Assembly (NCBI GenBank): GCA_963662335.2
Contig: CAXXVD010000005.1
Location: 256,001 to 320,000, forward strand
DNA: 64,000 nucleotides
Source of the DNA: Chloroflexota bacterium
GTDB lineage: Bacteria; Chloroflexota; UBA11872; VXOZ01
Direction: 5' to 3'
In this document: positions 1 through 9,645 of the stretch, one piece after another
Layout: the number at the start of each line of letters is the position of its first letter
Position numbering within the stretch: the stretch's first letter is position 1
Notes under the pieces: model-generated
What the model was told of the DNA's origin: nothing
What the model saw: the letters and a program-made list of their open reading frames with translations, nothing else
The model's database searches: none
Program-made: the position numbers and the translations under genes

Positions 1-631
1 TAGGATTTCCCTCCTCATCCAAGGCCCAGCCGGCGGGCAGGGGGGAATTTTCCGCCGCGTGCATGCGCACTTTGGCAAACGAGGCCGAGGGCGCAATATC
101 GAGCACCAGCGGGTCGCCCTCCCCGACGGGAACGCCGAAGGCCCACGGGTTGTTGCCCAGCATCCGGCCCAACCCGCCGGTGGGCGCCATGACCGCCTCA
201 GCCACTGACGTGCAAATGGCAATGTACCCCTCGCGGGCGGCGCGCAGCACGTAGTGGGCCGGGATGAAGAGGTGGCTCGAGTTGTAGACGCCGGCCAGCC
301 CGATGCCGCTTGTGCCCGCCTTGATCAGGCAGCGCTCCAGAGCGCGCGTGCAGGCGATCGCGCCAAAGCCCCGGTCGGCGTCCACGACAACGCTGATGGG
401 CGATTCCCTTAACATGCGCACCTTGGGCGCGGCGTTGATGGTTCCCTCCTTGACGATGGGCGCGTAGTAGGCAACGAGCCGCACGCCGTGGCTGGCGTGG
501 CCCCGCAGGTCGGCTTCCACCAGGATGCTCGCCAACAGGCGCGCGTTGCGGCGCGCTACGCCCAAGGCCGCGAACGCCGTGGCGCAAAACGCTTCCAAGT
601 CCTCGATCGCGATCGTGCGTTCGTCTTCCAC
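1..631 (-). CDS. Ldh_2 family oxidoreductase (malate/L-lactate/ureidoglycolate dehydrogenase-like), truncated by the window edge
   Basis: Not in the ORF track. Manual translation from GTG at 631: MEDERTIAIEDLEAF...EADLRGHASHGV...DADRGFG...NSSH...GNNPWAFGVP...LDIA...GWALDEEGNP, the family motifs. Confidence 0.88.
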   Translation of the reverse strand, partial: MEDERTIAIEDLEAFCATAFAALGVARRNARLLASILVEADLRGHASHGVRLVAYYAPIVKEGTINAAPKVRMLRESPISVVVDADRGFGAIACTRALERCLIKAGTSGIGLAGVYNSSHLFIPAHYVLRAAREGYIAICTSVAEAVMAPTGGLGRMLGNNPWAFGVPVGEGDPLVLDIAPSASFAKVRMHAAENSPLPAGWALDEEGNP

Positions 632-660
632 GGCAATGCCTTTCTCTTCACTTGCACACC

Positions 661-684
661 GTAGCGCGGGGGCTCGTCCCCCGC
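661..684 (+). repeat. GTAG-type REP-like palindrome GTAGCGCGGGGGCT(T/C)GTCCCCCG
   Basis: Near-identical copies at 4578-4600, 52494-52518 and 52530-52553; partial copy at 4721-4736. Confidence 0.8.
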
Positions 685-756
685 AGCTTGACTCGAACGA
701 AACCAACCGTCCCGGCAAGTCGCTGAGGCGCACATTCCGGCAAGACCCTGTTGGCC

Positions 757-1518
757 TCACGACATGAGGATGCCACCATCCACGTTGATGACCTGTCCCG
801 TCATGTACCCGCTTCGGTCGGAGCAGAGAAAGACCGCCGCCTGGGCAATGTCCTCCACCGAGCCGATACGGTTCAGAGGCACGTGCGGCATGACCTTCCG
901 CTTCCAACTCTCAGGCAGCGGCGGCGGCTTGGAATCGACCACGCCGGGCGCGATGCAATTCACCCGAATCTCCGGCGCCCACTCGTGCGCCAGCCGCTTG
1001 GTCAGCATCACCAAGCCGGCCTTGGCAGTGGCGTAGTGCGCGCCGGTGGCGTAGGCGGGATGCGGGCTGAGGCCGCCGCCGGAGGCGATATTGAGCATCA
1101 CGCCGCCGCGCCCCGCCTGCATCACCCGCGCCGCTGCTTGGCAGAGCAGGAACGGGCTGTGGAGGTTGATCATGTGCACCCGCTGCCAGTCCTCCGGCGA
1201 GATCTCCAACGCGGGTTTGCCGCTGAAGACCCCCGCGTTGTTGACGAGGATGTCTATACCGCCGAAAGCGTCCTGCGCCGCCGCCACGATTTGCTGAGCC
1301 GCCGAGACCTGCCGCAAGTCCGCCCGCACTGCCGCCGCGCGCACTCCCAGCGCCTCGAGCGCGCGGCGCACGTCTTCCGCGCGTTCTTTCGACGCATTGT
1401 AGTGCACCACCACGTGCGCGCCCTGCTCGGCCAGGGCCAGGGCGATGCCCCGGCCGATGCCGCGCGCCGCGCCGGTGACGATTGCCACCCTACCTTCCAA
1501 CAGCACGGATTCCGACAT
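757..1518 (-). CDS. Short-chain dehydrogenase/reductase (FabG-like)
   Basis: TGAARGIG, NNAG and YATAK motifs; start taken at ATG 1518 (MSESVLLEG). Confidence 0.9.
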   Translation of the reverse strand: MSESVLLEGRVAIVTGAARGIGRGIALALAEQGAHVVVHYNASKERAEDVRRALEALGVRAAAVRADLRQVSAAQQIVAAAQDAFGGIDILVNNAGVFSGKPALEISPEDWQRVHMINLHSPFLLCQAAARVMQAGRGGVMLNIASGGGLSPHPAYATGAHYATAKAGLVMLTKRLAHEWAPEIRVNCIAPGVVDSKPPPLPESWKRKVMPHVPLNRIGSVEDIAQAAVFLCSDRSGYMTGQVINVDGGILMS

Positions 1519-1598
1519 CCGGTTGCTCCACAACGGCATACTTGCTACACTGCTTGCCGGTCGGGGTCTGCCATCACTCCGAAAAATAGCGTAAGGTT

Positions 1599-1631
1599 TC
1601 CGTCATTCCCGCGCACGCGGGAATCCATCTT
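1599..1631 (+). repeat. Palindromic repeat GTCATTCCCGCGnACGCGGGAATCC
   Basis: 33-nt copy with one mismatch, in reverse orientation, at about 25853-25885. Confidence 0.8.
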
Positions 1632-1678
1632 CGCCGCGCCGCAAAAATCCGCACACTGTCTACCGGAGAAAAATACCC

Positions 1679-2470
1679 ATGCTCTTGGCCGTCTCAGAGA
1701 ACATGATACCTGGCGCGGGCTATAGCGAGAAACTCCGCGTACTGCGCGCAAGCGGCTACGACGGCATCGAACTCTTTCCCGATATCGCCGGCCGGCACAC
1801 TGCGGAACTCAAGCGGGCCATGGCGGAGACGGGCATTGCCGCGCCGAGCATGCGCGGCCGCACGCGCGATCTGCTGGCCGCGGAGCCGTCGGCGCGCCGC
1901 GCCCAAATCGAGCAATTGCGGCGCGTGTGCGCCTTGGCCGAGGAGTGCGGCGTGCGCGCGGTAGTCATCGTGCCGGTCTTTGGCGGCCCGCGCCTGCCGG
2001 ACTTGACGCCGTGGCGCTCCGCCGTCGAGTTGGAAGAGGCCCTCTTGGACACGATTCTACCAACAATCGGGGCGATCGCGGTCGATCACGGCGTCACGCT
2101 GGTCATGGAACCGCTCAACCGCTACGAGACCCACTTCCTCAATACCCTGGCGCACGGCGCGGCGATTAGCCGGCGCGTCGACCACCCCGGCGTGCGCGTC
2201 ATGGCCGACTTCTTTCACATGCACATCGAAGAGGCCGACATCGGCGCCAGCCTCGCGCAGAACCTGGCGTACGTCAGTCACGTCCACCTGGCCGACAGCA
2301 ACCGCGACCTGCCTGGGCGCGGGCATACGAACTTCGCGCCCGCGTTCCGCGTGTTGAAGCAGAGCGGATTCGACGGCGCGTTCGCGCTTGAATGCTCACG
2401 CCGGGGTTCGCCGGCATTCGGCCTGAAAGAGAGCGCCGCCTATATTCGCGGCGTTTGGCAGTCGGCCTGA
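1679..2470 (+). CDS. Sugar phosphate isomerase/epimerase (xylose isomerase-like TIM barrel)
   Basis: EPLNRYE, DFFH, HVHLADSNR..PGRG and ALEC motifs. Confidence 0.88.
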   Translation: MLLAVSENMIPGAGYSEKLRVLRASGYDGIELFPDIAGRHTAELKRAMAETGIAAPSMRGRTRDLLAAEPSARRAQIEQLRRVCALAEECGVRAVVIVPVFGGPRLPDLTPWRSAVELEEALLDTILPTIGAIAVDHGVTLVMEPLNRYETHFLNTLAHGAAISRRVDHPGVRVMADFFHMHIEEADIGASLAQNLAYVSHVHLADSNRDLPGRGHTNFAPAFRVLKQSGFDGAFALECSRRGSPAFGLKESAAYIRGVWQSA

Positions 2471-2557
2471 GCTGCGCGCCGGTAGGAGCCTCCGCGCAGC
2501 GTTGCCGAGTTGGCGGTCTTGTGGTGGCTTGCGGCAAGGCGCGCGGCCTACGGCGGC

Positions 2558-4297
2558 TTATTCCGTCCCGTCCGCTGTGAGCGTGAACGCCACCGGGCGC
2601 ACGGCGAGCGGCACCGCGTTGCGCACGTGCAGCGTGCGCGCGTCCAGCACGAGAATGGCGCCCGCGCGCGGCGCGAGAGCATAGAGGATGTTACGCTCCG
2701 GATCGAGCGCCATCTGCGCAATGCCGCCCTCCTGCCACAACTCACGCTCCACGCTCCCGTCGGCCGTGTTCAGCAGCGTCAGTGCCGCCGCCTCTTCCGC
2801 CTCCGATTCGCCAGCCTCGGATTCACTGTCTGAAGTCTCTTCTTTCGACGAGCCTTGGCTTGATGACTCATTAGTCGTTGACGAGTTTTCCGCGGTAGGC
2901 GCTGCGGGAAGCGGCCCGCTGTCGATACTCAGGTAGAGGGCCGTGCCGTCCGCGCTGAGCGCGCCGCGGGTGGCGCGGGCCGCCGGCAGCGCGGCTACTC
3001 GCACTGCCTGTCCCGTGCTCACGTCAACGCGCCAAAGCTCTTCCGTCGCCGGCGTCGTCACGTAAACTGAAGCGCCGTCGCCGGCGGACACCACCGCGCC
3101 AAGGCCCAAGCCGGCGCCAATCGTGATGGTTTCTCCCACGCTGCGGGACGCCAACGCCACGCGCGCCATCCGGGTGCGGTCAACCGACACGGCCAGAACC
3201 GCGTCATCGCCGAGCGGCAGGAGCCTGGCCACCGCCCACGGCAGCGGAATATCGGCCGACAATTCGTCACTCGCGTCCATCACCATGAGCGCGGTGGCAG
3301 CCTCCGAGCCCATGACCACGTACGGCCCCACGCTCGCCAAGCTGTTCCAGTCGTGAGTCGGCAAGCGGATGAGCCGGCCCAACTGCTGCGACTGCGCGTC
3401 TACGGTGAGCAACCCCTCTGCCTGCAAGACGTAGAGCGTCTTGCCATCGGCGGAAAGTCCAAGCGCGCGCGGCTCCCCGCCAACCCCGGTTACGCGCGAC
3501 GGCCGCAACTCATTGGCCGTGTACGCGAACAGCGCGCCGGTATCGGCAACACCCAGCACGACGATCGTCTTTGGTTCCGCCGCGGCCTGTTCCGCCGCGG
3601 CCTCCGTCTCCTCTTGACCACGCAGCAGTGAAAAAGCCACCGAGCCCGCGAGCGCCAGTACCACGAGCACAATGCCTACCTGCATGATGCGGGTACGCAG
3701 GGTTGTGTCCCCGGCGCCAAGGGCGGCGGCCACGTCGGCGCGCAGCGTGGCGCTGGGACGCGGCGCGTAGAGTTGGCGCATGGCGCGTTCGATAGTGGCG
3801 CGCTCGGCGTCCGCGTCCGGCGGACGAAAGTCCCTGCGCGCCCGTTCCAGCAACAATTCAACGCGCTCGAGAGACGTGCCCATCGCCTCCGCCGTCTGGC
3901 TCTGGGGCATCCCTTCCGCCAGAGTCAGCAGCCACACCGCGCGCAAGCGCGGCGAGAGCGCGACCACGGCCGTGCGCCACGCGCGCGAGCGCTCCTCGAC
4001 CTCTACCGGACCGGACGGCCGGCGCATGAGCCATTGCCGCACCGCGGTGGCAAGAAACGTCCGCACCGCCATCCGGTAGAACCAGGTGTCCAGCACCATG
4101 GTGCGGGGCCGCTTGCGAAACGCGCGAAACGCGCGGCTGAAGGTGGCGACGACGAGCGCCCGCGTCTCGCTCTCGTTCCCCGTGAGCCAGAAGAAGTAGC
4201 GGTAGAGCATGGGGCCGAACTGATCGTAGAGCGCGAGAAATGCGTCCCGATCACCGCTTTCGGCCGCCGCCAGAATTCGTCCCCGATTGGCAAGCAT
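2558..4297 (-). CDS. ECF-type sigma factor fused to a transmembrane helix and a YncE/YVTN-like beta-propeller
   Basis: N-terminal sigma2-like (GDRDAFLALYDQF..LYRY..TWFYRMA) and sigma4-like (LSPRLRAVWLL..EGM...AEAMG...RAR) regions, hydrophobic helix IMQVGIVLVVLALAGSVAFSLL, then repeated blades (LSADGKTLYV, AGDGASVYV, LSADGTALYL, LDPERNILYA). Confidence 0.75.
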   Translation of the reverse strand: MLANRGRILAAAESGDRDAFLALYDQFGPMLYRYFFWLTGNESETRALVVATFSRAFRAFRKRPRTMVLDTWFYRMAVRTFLATAVRQWLMRRPSGPVEVEERSRAWRTAVVALSPRLRAVWLLTLAEGMPQSQTAEAMGTSLERVELLLERARRDFRPPDADAERATIERAMRQLYAPRPSATLRADVAAALGAGDTTLRTRIMQVGIVLVVLALAGSVAFSLLRGQEETEAAAEQAAAEPKTIVVLGVADTGALFAYTANELRPSRVTGVGGEPRALGLSADGKTLYVLQAEGLLTVDAQSQQLGRLIRLPTHDWNSLASVGPYVVMGSEAATALMVMDASDELSADIPLPWAVARLLPLGDDAVLAVSVDRTRMARVALASRSVGETITIGAGLGLGAVVSAGDGASVYVTTPATEELWRVDVSTGQAVRVAALPAARATRGALSADGTALYLSIDSGPLPAAPTAENSSTTNESSSQGSSKEETSDSESEAGESEAEEAAALTLLNTADGSVERELWQEGGIAQMALDPERNILYALAPRAGAILVLDARTLHVRNAVPLAVRPVAFTLTADGTE

Positions 4298-4577
4298 GTC
4301 CGTCGTTCACCCAGCTTAGCTGCTACCGCTGCCTGACTGCATGGTAGCACATAGCGCGCGCAATCCTAGCCGGTCAACGCGCTCGGTCCAACCGCAGGGC
4401 ATCACGAGGGACACATGCGCTCGCAATTGCGCGAACGGCACGAAAGATGTACCGTACAGCTAACCGGAGACGCACATCCGGCAACACATGCGCTGTGGTC
4501 TCCAAGCGCTCCCATCCGCTCGCGCGAGAGGCCGTTGGCACGCGCCATGCTCGCCGATACGACGGTACCGGCAAACC

Positions 4578-4767
4578 GTAGCGCGGGGGCTTGTCCCCCG
4601 ACGGAGCTATTGAAACTGGCACGCAAAGGATTGACCTAACGGCTTTATAGGTTTCAAACCTGTGCTACCGGAGATGCGAGGCGTGGTTCTCATCGCCATA
4701 GAGTTTAATGCGACAGCATTGGGGCTTGTCCCCCGCACTGTGACGGGAAGCGCGCCTCCCGTCACAG
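4578..4767. repeat. Cluster of REP-like palindromes and a hairpin in the divergent intergenic region
   Basis: GTAG REP at 4578-4600, an AGGTTTCAAACCT..GCTAC unit near 4648-4668, a partial REP at 4721-4736 and an 11-bp stem CTGTGACGGGA/TCCCGTCACAG at 4738-4767. Confidence 0.7.
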
Positions 4768-4818
4768 GCACGCCGGATAGCTAACAGAGCGCCATTCCCG
4801 CACAATCAAGGAACCTCC

Positions 4819-6138
4819 GTGGCATCGACAAGAAGGTCATTGGCATCACATTCCAGCGTGCGCGTCGCCGGCCGGATGTTCGAGTCGCTGCGGGTTCCCG
4901 CCTTCCGCGACTTGTGGATCGGCATGCTCGCCTCGTACATCGGCATGTACATGGGGATGGTCGCGCGGGGGTACCTGGCCTACGAGATTACCGGCTCCGC
5001 CACGGTGCTGGGCATCGTCACGGTGGCGTCGGGCATCCCCATGCTGCTGCTGTCGCCGGTGGGCGGTGTGCTGGCGGACATCATGAACCGCCGCCGCATC
5101 CTCATCGACAGCCAGATCTTCATGGTGGTTTCATCCCTGCTCATTGCCGTCCTCATCCACTTGGATCTGATTGCGATTTGGCACCTGGCCTTCTTTGGGT
5201 TCGCGCAAGGCGTGCTCTTCACCATCAACATGCCCGCCCGCTCCTCGTCGCTGCCGCACCTGGTGGGCCGGCCGCTGCTTGCCAGCGCGATCGGCCTTAC
5301 CAATTCGGGCCGCAACCTCATGTCGGTGGTGGCGCCGGCGCTTGCCGGGGGCGTCATCGCGATGCCGTGGCTGGGCACCGCCGGCGCCTTCGACATTGCC
5401 GCGCTCTTCTACGTGGTCGCGACACTGCTCATGCTGCGCCTGCCCAGGAGCCTGGCGCACCGCAGCACGCCGGCGCAGACCGCGTTCGGCCAGCAGATGA
5501 TCGACGGCTTTGTCTACATCTTGTCGCGCCGTCCAATGCTCGCTCTGCTCGTGCTTGGGCTCATTCCCATCCTCTTCGGGATGCACCTGCAATCCTTCAT
5601 GCCGGTCTTCCAGGCGGACGTGCTTGGCGTGGGTTCGGTGGAATTGGGACTGCTGCTTTCGGCGATTGGCGTTGGCGGCACGCTGGGCTCGCTGGTCATT
5701 GCGCCATTGGCGGAAAGCAAGCACAGCCACGCCTGGCAGCTTGCCGCCGGCGTCTTCTTTGGCCTCACCCTCATGGCGTTCGCCACCAGCACGTCGTTCA
5801 CCCTTAGTCTGATATTCGTGGGATTGGTCGGCTTTGCCGGCAACGCCTCCACGGGCTTCAACAGCGCGCTGCTGATGCTGCGCACCGAAGAAGCCTACTA
5901 TGGGCGCGTGATGAGCATCTACATGATGAACTGGTCGTTGATGACGCTCTTCACGTGGCCGCTCGGCATCCTCATCGACCACTGGGGCGCGCCGCTCGTG
6001 GTCAGCGCCTCCGCCATGGGCATCGTGTTCTTCATGGGCATCGCCTACCTGGTCTTTCGCGAGCCCAGCGCCGGCCGCAGCCACAGCGGCGACGTGGGCG
6101 TCGAAACCAGCGCCGCAGTGGCCGAAGAGAGCGCCTGA
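4819..6138 (+). CDS. MFS transporter (MFS_3/EntS-like)
   Basis: About 12 hydrophobic segments, GGVLADIMNRRRIL motif A, GRVMSIY. Confidence 0.9.
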   Translation: MASTRRSLASHSSVRVAGRMFESLRVPAFRDLWIGMLASYIGMYMGMVARGYLAYEITGSATVLGIVTVASGIPMLLLSPVGGVLADIMNRRRILIDSQIFMVVSSLLIAVLIHLDLIAIWHLAFFGFAQGVLFTINMPARSSSLPHLVGRPLLASAIGLTNSGRNLMSVVAPALAGGVIAMPWLGTAGAFDIAALFYVVATLLMLRLPRSLAHRSTPAQTAFGQQMIDGFVYILSRRPMLALLVLGLIPILFGMHLQSFMPVFQADVLGVGSVELGLLLSAIGVGGTLGSLVIAPLAESKHSHAWQLAAGVFFGLTLMAFATSTSFTLSLIFVGLVGFAGNASTGFNSALLMLRTEEAYYGRVMSIYMMNWSLMTLFTWPLGILIDHWGAPLVVSASAMGIVFFMGIAYLVFREPSAGRSHSGDVGVETSAAVAEESA

Positions 6139-6188
6139 GCGGAGCCGCAGGCACGCCGCCGCGCAAGTGAGGAGGCCGAGAACGGAAC

Positions 6189-6950
6189 ATGGCAGCCACG
6201 CGGGACGAAATCGTCGCCTTTCTCGACGCGTACCTCGACGTGCACGCAATACGCGACTACGGCCCCATGGGGATGCAGGTAGTCGGCAAGGAGCAGGTGG
6301 AGCGCGTCGCCGTGGCGGAGAGCGCCTCCCACGCCTGCTTTGCGCAGGCGGCGGCGCACGGAGCCGACATGCTCATCGTCCACCACGGCCTCCTCTGGGA
6401 CAACGAGAGCCGCGTTGTTGGCTCTGTGATGCGGGGCCGCCTCGAAACCCTGTTTCACCATGACATGAGCCTCTTGGGCTACCACCTTTGCCTCGACAAA
6501 CACGCGGAGATCGGCAACAACGTGCTCGCTCTCCGTGCTCTGGGCGCTACGCCAATTGAAGTGGAGGCGCCGCTCGGAGCGGTGGGATACGTAGGGGATT
6601 TCACTGAACCACTGCCATGGAAGGAACTGACGGAAAGAGTGCGAAACGCCTTTGGCGGCGAACCGTACTTCTTTCCCTCAGGGCCGGCGGAGACGTCTCG
6701 CTTGGGCTTGATAACCGGCGGCGCGGGCGCGCCCGCCTACGTCACGGAAGCCGCGGCGCGCGGCTGCGAGACCTACCTCACCGGCAACCTCAGCGAACCC
6801 GCGCCCGCGGTCGCCGCGGAACTCTCGCTGAATCTCATCGGCGCTGGCCACTACAACACGGAAAAGCTCGGCGTCCAGGCCGTCGGCCGCCTCCTGGAAG
6901 AGCGGTTCGGCGTCAGCGCGGTTTTCATCGACGTGCCCAATCCGCTGTAG
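6189..6950 (+). CDS. Nif3-like dinuclear metal-centre protein (DUF34/YbgI)
   Basis: HHGL, YHLCLDKH..GNN and GHYNTE motifs. Confidence 0.92.
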   Translation: MAATRDEIVAFLDAYLDVHAIRDYGPMGMQVVGKEQVERVAVAESASHACFAQAAAHGADMLIVHHGLLWDNESRVVGSVMRGRLETLFHHDMSLLGYHLCLDKHAEIGNNVLALRALGATPIEVEAPLGAVGYVGDFTEPLPWKELTERVRNAFGGEPYFFPSGPAETSRLGLITGGAGAPAYVTEAAARGCETYLTGNLSEPAPAVAAELSLNLIGAGHYNTEKLGVQAVGRLLEERFGVSAVFIDVPNPL

Positions 6951-7033
6951 GCGATCTCGGATTGCCGGCATGATGCTGGATTCACCCCTGAAAGGGGGGG
7001 TCGCACAACCGCGCCACTCACCGTTGCCGCGGA

Positions 7034-8146
7034 TCACGCGCTAGCGTCGAGCAGGCGCGCCACCGCCGCCGCCGCCGCGCGCACCTCGCGCTCATCGGTG
7101 ACGTCGCCCTTACTTGAATTGAAGCGCACGACCGCGCTCTCCACGCCGTACGGCCCGTACCGTTCCGGCGGGGTAGGCCCGAAGAGCGCGACCACCGGCG
7201 TGCCCACGGCGGCGGCAAGGTGCATGGGCGCGGAGTCGTTGCCGATGAACAGGTGGCAGCGTTGGATTAGCGCCCCTAGTTGGCCGAAAGAGAGCGCGCC
7301 GGCCAGGTCCACGCAGGCCGCCGGCGCGCCGCTTTGAACCGCGCCGGTGATAGACGCCTCGTCCGCCCCGCCGACAAGCAGGATCCGCGCGCCGTGCGCC
7401 CGTGCGATGCGAGCCGCCAGCGCCGCAAAACTGCCGCTGGGCCAGCGCTTGCCGACGTGCGCCTGGCCCGGATTCGTGCCGCCGCCGGGATGCAGCGCGA
7501 TCAAGGGGAAGGCCGGGGTCACGTCCCGCTCCGCCAGCAGGCGTTTCACCGCCGCGCCGTCTTCGGCCCGCAGCCGGTAGTGCAGGCGCGGCCGTTCGAC
7601 GCCAAATCCCGCCGCCCGCAGCACGTCCAGGTATATCTCCGCCTCATGGCGCTCGTCGGGACAGGGCACGCCCACGTGCAACGCTATGCCGCGCCCGGCG
7701 CTATTCAGGCCCGCGCGCCAGGGAATACCGGCCAAACGCGGCAACACCGCCATCAGCGGCGAGCGATCGAGCACGAAACAGTGGGTAAACTCCTCTTGCC
7801 GCACGCGCGCAACGCACGCGCGGTACGCGCGCAGGCCGTAGCGTCCGGGAAAGCCGACGCTGCCGGCATCCAGCAGCCGGTCGCAGTGGGGATTGCCCGC
7901 CAGCGCCGCCTTGGCCCAGGTCGTCACGAGAACGGTAACGTCGGCCTGGGGCAGGTTGGCGCGCAGCGCAGCCAGGAAAGCCGTGCTCATCAGCACGTCG
8001 CCCAGACTCGCGGGCTTGATGACGAGCACGTTTGCCGACGCGGACGCAACCGGCGGCGCGGCCGGCCGGGTGCGCAGGAGCGCGTGCAAGAGGCGGGAAG
8101 CATGTTCGATCAAGCGCGTTTTCACGAGAAACTGCTTCCTGGTCAC
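7034..8146 (-). CDS. Glycosyltransferase family 9 (heptosyltransferase-like)
   Basis: SLGDVLM, LHPGG...KRWP, GNDSAPMHLAAAVGTPVVALFGPT; exact start uncertain (GTG 8146 or 8125). Confidence 0.88.
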   Translation of the reverse strand: MTRKQFLVKTRLIEHASRLLHALLRTRPAAPPVASASANVLVIKPASLGDVLMSTAFLAALRANLPQADVTVLVTTWAKAALAGNPHCDRLLDAGSVGFPGRYGLRAYRACVARVRQEEFTHCFVLDRSPLMAVLPRLAGIPWRAGLNSAGRGIALHVGVPCPDERHEAEIYLDVLRAAGFGVERPRLHYRLRAEDGAAVKRLLAERDVTPAFPLIALHPGGGTNPGQAHVGKRWPSGSFAALAARIARAHGARILLVGGADEASITGAVQSGAPAACVDLAGALSFGQLGALIQRCHLFIGNDSAPMHLAAAVGTPVVALFGPTPPERYGPYGVESAVVRFNSSKGDVTDEREVRAAAAAVARLLDASA

Positions 8147-8257
8147 AAGACGACGTGCGGGTTGCGCGAGGCGGTATCGCGTTAATTCTAAACGGCAACC
8201 GTCCGCAGCGTCCATGAAACGCGCCGCGGTTGCGCCGTCCCGCGCCAAGCCTATAGC

Positions 8258-9562
8258 ATGACCAGTATGCAATCTACCGAGCGCCCCCAAGACTGGCAGA
8301 CGACGGTCCGCATTCTCTGGGTCACACAGTTTGCCACCATGGTGGCGTTTAGCTGTAGCCTCCCGTTCGTGCCCCTCTACATCCTCGAACTTGGCATTCC
8401 CGATCCCCGCCGCGCGGCCCTCTGGGCCGGCTTCGTCGCCGGCGGCTCCGGCATCAGCATGGCGCTCTTTGCCCCCGTTTGGGGCGCGCTGGCCGACCGC
8501 TTCAGCCGCAAGCTCATGTTGCAGCGCGCGCTCCTGGGCGCAACTTTCACGCTGCTACTCATGGGTTTTGCGCAGTCTGCCGCGCACTTGCTGCTCTTGC
8601 GCGTCATCCAGGGCTCGCTCACCGGCACGACCACGGCCGTCAATACGCTCGTCGCCTCCATTACGCCCCGCGAACATCTGGGCCGCGTGCTGGGCGCGAT
8701 GCAGATGTCCATCTTTGCCGGCTCGACCATCGGCCCGTTCTTTGGCGGCGTGCTTGCCGACACTGTCGGCTTTCGCGCGGCATTCATCATCACGAGCGCC
8801 GTCTGCCTGAGCACGAGTGCCGCAGTCTTGACTCTCGTCCACGAACCGAAACACGGGAGTCACCCCCTGCCGTCTCTCCGCCTGCCACGCCTGCGGCTGC
8901 CGCGCCAACTGCGACTGCCGCGCCTTGCAGGCCGGCCGTCGGACGAGAACGCGCTCAACACGGTCCTCATGCTCGCGCCGGTGATCTTCATGGCGCAATT
9001 CGCGCTCATGGCGGCCAGGCCCATCTTTCCGCTCTTCGTCGCCGAACTGGCCGCGACGGACTCCATGCTGACGCTCGCCGGTGTCTCTCCCCAAGACTTC
9101 GTGGCGACCATTGCCGGGCTGCTCGTCGCCACCACCGGCGTGGTGGCGACTCTTTGCTCACCGATTACGGGCCGCTTCATCGAATCTTCCCGCGTCCGTC
9201 TGCTCCTGCTGGCCGCGGTTGTCGGCAGCGCGCTTGTTAACGTCGGCCATGCCGTTGTTGCTTCTCTCTTGCAGCTTTGGCTCGCGCGCGTCGTCATGGG
9301 CGCGTGCAACGGCGTCTGGGCGCCGACCTACAGCGCGACCGTAGGCTTGAGCGTGCCGGCCGAGCGCCGGGGCCTGGCGTTTGGCATCGCGAACAGCGCC
9401 TCCTCTTTGGGCAATGCCCTGGGGCCGGTCGTAGGCGGTTACGTTGGCGCCATGCTTGGCATGCGCGCGGTTTTCGTGGCCGCGGCCGGAGCGCTCCTGC
9501 TGGCGGCCCTCTGGCTCGCGTGGCGGGTCAACCCTCCCGCGCCGGTGGATCCGGAAGGCTAA
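8258..9562 (+). CDS. MFS transporter (MdtG-like, DHA1)
   Basis: WGALADRFSRKLML motif and about 12 hydrophobic segments. Confidence 0.9.
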   Translation: MTSMQSTERPQDWQTTVRILWVTQFATMVAFSCSLPFVPLYILELGIPDPRRAALWAGFVAGGSGISMALFAPVWGALADRFSRKLMLQRALLGATFTLLLMGFAQSAAHLLLLRVIQGSLTGTTTAVNTLVASITPREHLGRVLGAMQMSIFAGSTIGPFFGGVLADTVGFRAAFIITSAVCLSTSAAVLTLVHEPKHGSHPLPSLRLPRLRLPRQLRLPRLAGRPSDENALNTVLMLAPVIFMAQFALMAARPIFPLFVAELAATDSMLTLAGVSPQDFVATIAGLLVATTGVVATLCSPITGRFIESSRVRLLLLAAVVGSALVNVGHAVVASLLQLWLARVVMGACNGVWAPTYSATVGLSVPAERRGLAFGIANSASSLGNALGPVVGGYVGAMLGMRAVFVAAAGALLLAALWLAWRVNPPAPVDPEG

Positions 9563-9645
9563 CCAACGAACACTGGCGCGAGCCGCTTCCCCTTTCAACG
9601 AGATCAGCGGCAGGCTTGACGCTTCTCAGGGATGCGGGTAGGCGT

